Shown here piece by piece: positions 54,539 through 64,000 of a DNA stretch of 64,000 bases. Position 1 is the stretch's first letter; every line of letters starts with the position of its first letter. Made by a program: the position numbers and the translations under genes. This DNA comes from Piromyces finnis finn (taxonomy: Eukaryota > Fungi > Neocallimastigomycota): the NCBI GenBank assembly GCA_002104945.1, contig MCFH01000090.1, positions 1 through 64,000 on the forward strand, written 5' to 3'. A model generated the notes under the pieces. It had not been told where the DNA came from. It ran no database searches and saw only the letters and a program-made list of their open reading frames with translations.

Positions 54539-57154
54539 AAAAAATAGGAATAACCAGTGTAATAAATTATTGCTAATATAACATTATAGATATAAATATA
54601 TCATTTACTTTTATTATTATTATTATTATTATTATTCTACCTACATAAATTTTATTAAAAGTAATTATTCACATATTCTATTAAATACATTATTTATTTT
54701 GTTTGTTTATTTGGTTGGTTTTTTTTAAATATTATATTTATTTATCTTATTAAATTTAATAATAATTTTTTTTTATTATTTGAAATATTTTAATAATAAA
54801 GATATATAAAAATATTAATATTGTTTTTTTTTTATTTTCTGCAAACTTAAAACAATGATTTTTATCTATTCATTTATTAATATATTTATATATGTAATTT
54901 ATTTAGCTATCTATTTATTAAATCTATCTATCAATTCAATTATATACATTATATAAGTATATTATTTAATATTGCTATATATTCAAAATAAATTATCATT
55001 AAAGTTTAAAAAACATATATTTTATTATAAATCATGAATATCATGGATATCATGTGTTTAATAGACATTTACTTTTTTTTCCATATATATTTAACTGCAT
55101 AGTTTCAAATTTTTAAATATATATATTTATATTCATTTATATATATTAAATATTATATTACAAATTTATTGATAATAAAGTTAAGATAAAAAAAAAAATA
55201 ATCAATTTATGATACTATATCATTAAAAAAAAAAAAAGGAAAAGTCACCTTTTGTTTTATATAACTCATTAATAGTATAATAAAATAAAATTTCTTTTTA
55301 TAAAGAAAGAAACTAAGGAATTGTAATAAAAAAAAAAGTTAAGAGAAATGTCTTTTAATATCAAGAAAACATAAATTGAGTATTTTTTTTTATCACTTTT
55401 AATTTTTAAAAATAAAACTAATAAATATATTTAATATTAGTCTTTATCCTTAAATATACTGTAAACTGATCTTTATTCAAGTAGTTTATTATTTTAAGAA
55501 TTTTCATTATTTTTTTTGTAATAAAGAAATAATATTTTCCTTACTTTTAAATTTCTTTATACTTTATTAAATAACAAAGGCTTTACTTTTTTATATACTG
55601 AAAATAAGTGAAAAATTATTCATTTACTATTTTTTCTATATATAGAAATAATAGAAATAATAATAATCTAAATGTGTAATATAGCTTTCAAATAAATAGA
55701 TTGTCACTCAAAATATAAAAATAATAATAATAATATATAGATATTGTTCATCTTTATAAATTGAGCCATAAATGTTACATTTATTGTACAATTCCATTTT
55801 CAATAAACTATAAAATACATTATTAAAAAAAAATAAAAAAAAAAAAAAAAGACATTTAAAGTTACTATATATTGAATTATACAGTAAACTATGTAAAATG
55901 TTTATAAAAAATAATAATAAGGAAAAATAATCATAATAATGATAAGGAAAAAAAAAAATGTGACAGATACACTGGATTGATAGAATTTTTAAAAATAGTT
56001 ATTCCACAAACTAAAGTTAAATTTGTGTAACGTGAAACACCAAACTTTTTTGGATAAAAAATAATTTGATCTTGTTTGAATTAAAAATTGAATCGCTACG
56101 GTTAACCTCTCTAAAACTTAAACACTTACCATAGAATTAAAAAAAAAAAAAAAAAAACTTTTGAATTAAAAATTGTAATTTATAATAATTTAACTAGTGT
56201 AAAATATAATATGAAAATAATAGAGATTTCAAATAAAGTTTTTGGATATTGAATAATGGATTAGAATACTTTTACCACTGTAATCTTATAATTTTACAAC
56301 TTTGTAATAATACTTTTTTTTTTTTGGTATATTATTATGTGTTTAATAAAGTGTCATTAATCAAGGGAATACCTTTACTACATTAATACAATATTGCAAG
56401 AAAATAAGATAATACTATAAAAAACATGGATTTACTCACACATTCTTTAAAGGTAAAAAATTTAAAAAAAAAAAAAACACTTCAAATTTACATTCATCTT
56501 TTTTTTTTTTTTTTTGATTTTGATTAATTTTATATTTGCTTTTTTTTATTGCGTCAATATGAATAATTAGTTAATTTTTAGAGAATTAAAAACAATTACT
56601 TTAATAATAGTGATTATTTTTCTTCTCTTGGTCTTTTTTGTTTTGTTTTCGTTTTAATATATATTACAAATTCTTTTTTAATTGAGGTATTATTATTATT
56701 ATTATTATTATTATTAGTATTGGTAGTAGTATTAATAGTAGTAATAGTATAAAATAATTTCATTTTATTATGAAATTATTCACATAAATAAAGGTTTGAT
56801 ATGATTAAAATGTTAAATTATTTGGTATTTTTTTGTACAATTAATAAGATGATAATTATTATCTTTTTTTTTTTCTTTTGGGTAATATAGAAATAAAGTC
56901 TTCATATTTTTCCTTCTTGGGAATGATCTTTTTTTAAAAAAAAAAAAAAAAATCGATTTATCAAAAAAAAAAAAAATACTACTTATTTTCTTTATATATA
57001 ATAAAAAAAAATAAAACTTTAATTTTATATCTAGATTTTATATACAAGAGTTCCCCTTAAAGATTTTGAAAAATTATTAAATAATCTTCCATCAATAAAT
57101 TTATAAAATGAATAAATGAAAAAAGTAATTCTTCATTGTATCCCTTTTAACTAT

Positions 57155-57376
57155 CTATTGTTTTATTGGCTTATTTTTTACTTTTATTGGAAAACAGCAA
57201 AACATAGATGGATGATTTTTAACTGGTTTTTGCTTTTTCTTATCTTCTTGGGTATTTGTAGTAGTATTGTTGGTGGTGGTTGTAGTTGTTTCTGGAGTTT
57301 CATTTACTTCTTCGGTCTTAGTAGCCTTAGAAGATTCTTCTTTATTATCTTCGTCTTGGGGGGTACCATCTAGTCA
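57155..57376 (-). other. Candidate stop-codon readthrough extension of NDK (UGA-CUAG plus 72 in-frame sense codons)
   Basis: TGA (57376-57374) is followed by CTAG. The frame reads LDGTPQDEDNKEESSKATKTEEVNETPETTTTTTNNTTTNTQEDKKKQKPVKNHPSMFCCFPIKVKNKPIKQ up to TAG at 57157-57155. Confidence 0.72.
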
Positions 57377-58034
57377 CTCATAAATAATGTTATCAAGTGC
57401 ACGTGGGTAATCCTTAACACCTTCTGGGAACCATAAATTGATTTCTCTTTCGGCACTGGCAACAGAGTCAGAACCGTGAACAACATTTCTACCAGAGTCA
57501 ATACCAAAGTCACCACGAATAGTTCCTGGTTCAGACTTTAATGGATCAGTCTTACCAAGCATAACACGTCCATAGGCAACAACACCCTTACCTTGCCAGA
57601 CCATACCAACAACTGGTCCACTTAAAATGTATTTAACAATCTTTGGGAAGAATGGTTTACCAATGTGTTCTTCATAATGCTTAGTAATAAGTTGTTCATC
57701 AGCTTGAAGCATTTTAATACCAAGAAGTTTGAAACCCTTGTTTTCAAAACGCTTAATAATTTCACCGACAAGACCACTATTATATTATATTTTAAATTTA
57801 TAATATTTATTAATATTCTATTTTATATACTTTATGATTTTTAAACTTTTTTTTAAATTGATCAAACTCCATTTTTAATTTTGAAAATTAAAATTAAGTT
57901 TAAAATAAATAATTATTTCTAAAAAATATTATTTTTAAATTAAAATATTTGTTTTTATACTATTATTGAAGTCTTAATATTTACCGGGCAACACCGTCTG
58001 GCTTGACCATAATGTAAGTTCTTTCAGTAGTCAT
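57374..58034 (-). CDS. NDK1: Nucleoside diphosphate kinase (150 aa), 2 exons: 58034-57985 and 57776-57374
   Basis: [17 protein letters not shown]|[11 protein letters not shown]..., [17 protein letters not shown] (catalytic His), C-terminal IIYE. GT-AG intron in phase 2. Confidence 0.96.
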
Positions 58035-61000
58035 ATTTGTTATCTAATTTTTAAATTAAAAAAGATAAAAGGTTAATATCTTTTTTATTTTATTTAAAAA
58101 ATAAATATTTCGTTTATTATTATTTTTTTTCTTTATATCTAGTTTCACCTATACTATACATATATATATTTTTTTTTTTAGTTTTTTTTTTTTGTTTGTT
58201 TGTTTGTTTTGTTTACCCTCTCTATAAATTTTATATTCCTTTATTTCTAACTATTTAAACTATTTTTTATTTTACTCGTAGGGTAACGTTTACTTTCACT
58301 ATATATTTTTATTCGTTATTATCCTATATATTATTATATTTCATTTCTATTATTACTATTGTTATTTTCTTATATTCCTTTTTTATGTTTTTTATTCTAT
58401 ATATTTATACACTATCTTTCATCCATTCTACATAATATTATTACTCTTTAATATAAACTAACAAGAAAACATACTTTTATTTATTAAAAAAAAAAACTAC
58501 TATTAAAATATATAATTTAAAAGGCTTTTTTTTATATTATTTATTTATAATTATTTTAATTTTCAATATTTATTGAAAAGGTTTAGTTAAAGAATTTAAA
58601 AGAATAAAAGTATAAACAGCCTCTTTTATACTATTTTAAAAAATTAATAAAAAAATTAATTAATGAGAAATAAACATGATTTAATAATTAATTAATTTTT
58701 TCATATTTGAATGACCTATAATCAACAATATTATGTAGAATTTATTATCCAATGAATCCACCATATATTACAATATATAGTAAATATAATAATGATGAGC
58801 CATTAATAAATAAAGAATTAAAATGAATTCATACTCAACTATTATTGATAATAAATAATGATATAATACTATAGATATAATAAATAAAAATAATATTATA
58901 AGATAATAAATTAGATTAGTATATTTATATATATTATACATATATTATAAAATAATTTATAGAATTCTATTTATTATAAAATTATACTTTTTTATTTCTG
59001 TTTAAAGATTGTTCATCTCAACTTCCTTTTTTGGTATACTATCTTTTGAGTTTAAATTAATTATAATATATCAACGATTAATTAATTATATTTATTTAGT
59101 ACATTCATTGACTTAATAATAGATTAGTTAATATTTTATTTAAATAAATAGTATTCATTCATTTAATAGAATAGAAACTTTAAAAAAAAGAATTAACAAG
59201 AAAAAAATAAATGAATCTCTTATAAAGTTAAATGATAAATAAGATGAATAATATATTACAATACATTATAATATATATTGATATTCTATTTTTAATAAAA
59301 TGAGGTTAGTATTGATTAAAAAAAAAACAAATTTATACTCTAAATAATTTAAAATTAAATTAGTTCTTTTTATATTATTCATTTCTCTAAACGCTTATTT
59401 ATAAGTTCACTTAATTATCAATATACATTTATTTATATATTTATTTTTTCATTTATTTATTTAATATTTGTTGATTTCCTTTTTAGCATGAAGAAATTAG
59501 TAGTTTTAATAAAATAAGCTATTAATTAAAATCTTTAATACAAATGAAACCAAATAAAGTATTATTAAAATGATGATAGGAATGGTATTTAATAAAAATA
59601 ATTGCCATAAAGGTTCATTTCAATGATTTGATAGGGTATACATGGAGAAAGGAATATAACTTGATAACATAATAACAACAAAGTTTACACCTAGTAATAT
59701 TTAAAAGATATAATAGTGGTGTTTAAAATAATATTTTTAAATATTAATTAATAACCATTCTAATTATTATATTAATTATTATCATATGAATAAATAAAAC
59801 ATAGTTCAATTTATTAAGCGATTAAATATAATTAAAAAATAAAGTGTTTTTTTATAGGATGTATATAAAAGAACACTTATTAATTTTAATAAATACTATA
59901 AACATTCATATATATTTTTATTTTTATATTATTACTTTTATTTTTCATACCATCAAATGGCAGTTATTAATATTATGGTGTTGTACGAATAACGTTCTAA
60001 TAAAATATAATACCAGCTAATTCTGGTTACAAATCAAATGGATGGTATAAAAAATAGGTTTCATTTTTTCTATTTAAATAATATATTAATATTTAATTAT
60101 AATATAATAAAGAATAACTATTCTATTCTATCTCATTGTTTTGACAAAAATAGAATAGCAATAAATTTATAATATAATAATTTGTATATATTATAGTATA
60201 CTTTTTATATATTATTAAATAAATTGATCTGAATTTGAGAATTTTTATAAAAAAAAAAAAAGATTTAGATAATCTATTTATATAGCACATAATATCTCTA
60301 AAAAAAAAAAAGATGATTTAGAACCTCTATCTTTTTTTTTTTTGTATTTATTTATTAGTTGAATAATCTTTTCAAGGTTGCATGTTGTATTTAACATTGT
60401 GTATCATTTTTTTTTGAGGTGTTAATAAAAGAATGAAAGGGTGTAAATGACGTAAATAATGATATAAATATTGGGGTATTTTATTTTTATAATTATTAAT
60501 ACTGCTTAAACGATTAATTACTTTTTATTATAAATAAAATTTATTAATATAATTTATATTTAATATAAAAAAAAAAGTTTTTTTTTAAAAATCAGCTACT
60601 ATACATTCAATCCAAATAAACCAGAAATGTTAATGATCCCTACCAATCTATAAAAATGACTTTTATTATTTCCATTTCTTTGGAATGATTAACTTTTTTG
60701 TTGATTTATAGGTTCTTATAATTAAAAGGCCTTTGAATCTTTTTTTTTTCTTTTTTGGCTAGCTATATCAAACAGTTTAACTAATGTGGCCGTTAATTTT
60801 CCATTTTAATAAAAACTAGAGTTGAATAAAGTATCATGTGAATGGTGCAATACTCCTTTTCAAAAAAAATTTTTGATTTAGATAATATATAAATAAAATA
60901 TATTTCTTCATATATTATTATAAATCATTATTTCTATAGAAATTATGTCAATGAATAAATATATATTAAATTAATAATATAATTAAAGTATATTCATCAG

Positions 61001-64000
61001 TATATTATAATATATTTTGCAAATGAAACAAATAATTTGACATTTGGTAATCAAAAGAATAATAAGCCAAATAATAAAAAAGCCAAAAAATAGATATGAA
61101 TAAAAGTAAATGAATAAATAAATAGTAAGTTAAATGAATATCTACTAGTTGATAATAAAGAAAAAGGGTGTAGGTGTGATAAAAAAAAAAAGAATGATAA
61201 TAACAGAAATACTATTAAAACAATGATAAAAATAATAAATATTAAATAACAATAATAATAATAAATATTAAATAATAATAATAAATAATAATAATAAATA
61301 ATAAACAATAAACAATAAATATTAAATATAAAAAAATTTCACAGAATTAATATTAAAATAATAATTAAAATAATAATATTAATGACAATAGTAGTTAATA
61401 ATAATTTATTATAATATAGAAATAAAATAATACTCTCTAGTTTATCATTAATTTCTATTCATTTGTTTTATATAAAGAATAAACAACAAATTAACAAAAA
61501 TAGTGTAGCATTAGCTAATTTATTTATAAATAATATTAAAAAGTGGGAGTTTTTAACAAAATCTTATTACTATTTAATCATTTCTATAGTATTGTTTATA
61601 AAAAAATATTATCATTTAATTAACTCTTTTTTATTAAAATTATAAAATATTGCCATTAATTATTATGATGTTCATACATTCTATTCATTAAAGTTAACTG
61701 GATTATTAAAGTTATTACTGTTTTTTTAATTTATTTTAAAGTTCAATGTGTCTTAAAAAAATGTCTATTTTCTCGTTATTTGTAATATATCCTTTTTTAG
61801 TACCTATTTTAATTAATAAAATTTAATTAAAAAATAAAAAAAAAATGATTATAATTAAATAAGTATTCAAAAAGGTATACCATAGTCATGACATTCTTAT
61901 AAAATAGAATTTGTAGTATTAGTTTTGAAGTTTTGAATAAAAAAAAAAACTAATTTTTTGATAAAAGATAAAATTCTCTAAGTATCATCAATCTATTTAA
62001 AAGTATTAAAAAAAAAAAGTTAATACTATCAAATTCATTATAAATAGATATAGTTGTTATATTCAATTTATTAACAACAAATATATATAAAGCAAAATAG
62101 ATAAAATAGATGAGTTTAATGAATAAGATAATAATATATTGAAAATACTTTATATTTTTTGTTTATTTCATTTTATAATTTTTAATTAATTTTTTTTATC
62201 ATTTGTATATCGAAAAGAATTATAAAGTAATCAAGGTTTTTTAATTAAAAGAATTATATTGATTACTTTTTATTGAAAAAAAAAAAAAAAAAGATATTTT
62301 ATTTCTTAGTTATAATAAAATTTAATTTAAAAAAAGATTGTTTTTTTTTTTTAAAAAAAAAAATAAAGTTTGAGGTAAATATAAATAATACAATAGTGAT
62401 TAGTATTGTTTTTACTGTTATTCTATTAATTATCTAGTGAGGAATAAAGTTTCAATAAACTGTTACTCTAAATAATTAATGTATTGATTCCTACAAAATG
62501 TAATTCCTCTATGGATTCTTTTTATTCATATATTAAAAAGATGTAAATTACTAGATTTTATTAAAATGTCATTGTACGATAGGCCTAATAAATAAACAAA
62601 AGTAAGCAATGTTAACGGACTAGAAAAATATAAAAACTACTCTTTCATTATTTTTTATCCTATTCCACATTTGTTACACAAAAACAAGTATAAATCCATT
62701 ATGGACAAGCATAATTTACAATTTTATTATTTATTAAAATGACTTGTTATTTTATTAAATATTAACCTTTCATTTTTTATTTCTTAAATCAAGGACCAAA
62801 CTATTTTAATTCTTATGGTGTCTGGCAATTAAAAGTATAAACTGTAATTAATGCATAGTGGATAATCTTTTTGAACCTTTTTATATTTATTATATTTAAA
62901 ATTCATTTGAAAATTAATATATACATATATATATATAATTATATGAAATACACACTATAATATATAATAAAATAATAAATAAAATAAGGATGATTTTTTT
63001 TTTAAAGTTTATATATAATAACTTTTTATTTTTTTATCATGATTAAATTACAAGATACATTTGCAAGTAAAAATTAAAAAAGAAAGCATGTGTTGAATGT
63101 AGTATGATAGAGAAATTTCAACCTTGATTAATATTTATTAGGGTTAGATTTATAATGAAAGGTTTTAAACTTTAAATCTTATAAAATTTGTTAATATTTT
63201 AATATCACAATACTTTAGTTTGTACGACGTACTACATTCTTTAGGTCTAAATATTCTTTTTTATCCAATATAAAACACGATGTAGATCATACATCCACGC
63301 TCTATCCTTTGATTTAATAATAATATCATTATAAAAGTTTTATAAATATACTATGGTAACTTATCATGCTGAAAAAACAAAAGTCTGTTGTATATCATTA
63401 AAAAAAAAAGGTTTATGCAACACATAGAATTTCATAATTTCACTAAACTTTACAAAATAATTATTATTAATATAATTATTCCTATTGTTAAAGAATGATA
63501 TAAAATATATTAATTTTAAAAATGTTATTTCAGTAAAAGTAATTTCAATGATTTTAAAAACTTATTAATTATATACAAAATATACAATATTAAATAAGAT
63601 AATAAATGTTATTCCTCATTTTTTCTAAAATAAAACTAAATTCGATATTTTAAATTGAAAAGTAATTTAAATTTAGTTTACTTTTTACTCTATTAAAGGT
63701 ATATCAAAGAAAAAAACAAAAATTTAATTACTTTTAAATAATAAAAATATAATTTAAATAATTATGATAATACAAAATTTAATTAATATTTCAATTCTTT
63801 ACTTTCAAACATTTAATATGATTTATTTATTTCTAATCCTCCTGTTTTATCTATAATGTATTACTTTTAAAAATGCTTTTATATATTAATTTTTTAAAAC
63901 GCTTCATCTTTATTTTCAAAGTGTATTATAATTTTAAATTATTTCAATTTTTCTATTCCATTTATTAATTAATTTTCCGTCACATGTACTACTTTCAAAA

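Noticed and set aside
57116-57373. Plus-strand 85-aa ORF antisense to the NDK 3' region
   Set aside because: It is the mirror of the minus-strand readthrough frame, which has the leaky-stop context and the better codon usage.
57362-57380. Alternative access to the NDK extension via an 8-nt GT..AG (GTGACTAG) or a frameshift
   Set aside because: Eight nucleotides is too short for a spliceosomal intron. Counting the run (six C on the minus strand) shows the extension is already in frame with the UGA.
59560-63420. Patches of slightly higher GC (e.g. 60360-60860, 62390-62860) that might be decayed transposon or gene remnants
   Set aside because: No readable motif or sustained frame on either strand; a TBLASTX search would be needed.

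Overview
Extremely AT-rich eukaryotic DNA with GT-AG introns. Fungal (CBM10-type) dockerins and CotH kinases indicate an anaerobic gut fungus (Neocallimastigomycota). In order: an internally deleted ABCA transporter gene; an intronless Cthe_2159/DUF4353-like protein with two dockerins; a full-length 4-exon ABCA gene; a complete 5.6-kb APE-RT LINE with poly(A) tail and 13-bp TSD, inserted into an older remnant of its own family; two divergent 3-exon CotH kinase genes with GPI-like tails. The CotH genes flank three near-identical secreted orphan genes (one inverted) and a ~2.6-kb fold-back with ~1.05-kb arms. These are followed by an ankyrin-repeat protein ending in CBM26- and CBM25-like starch-binding modules, and a 2-exon nucleoside diphosphate kinase gene. 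The most striking signal is at NDK: its UGA stop lies in the canonical leaky context UGA-CUAG and is followed in frame by 72 open, coding-like codons ending in a Cys-Cys/basic tail. This suggests an unannotated programmed readthrough isoform. About 58-64 kb is non-coding AT-rich DNA with no supportable gene. Splice models and alignments were derived by hand.
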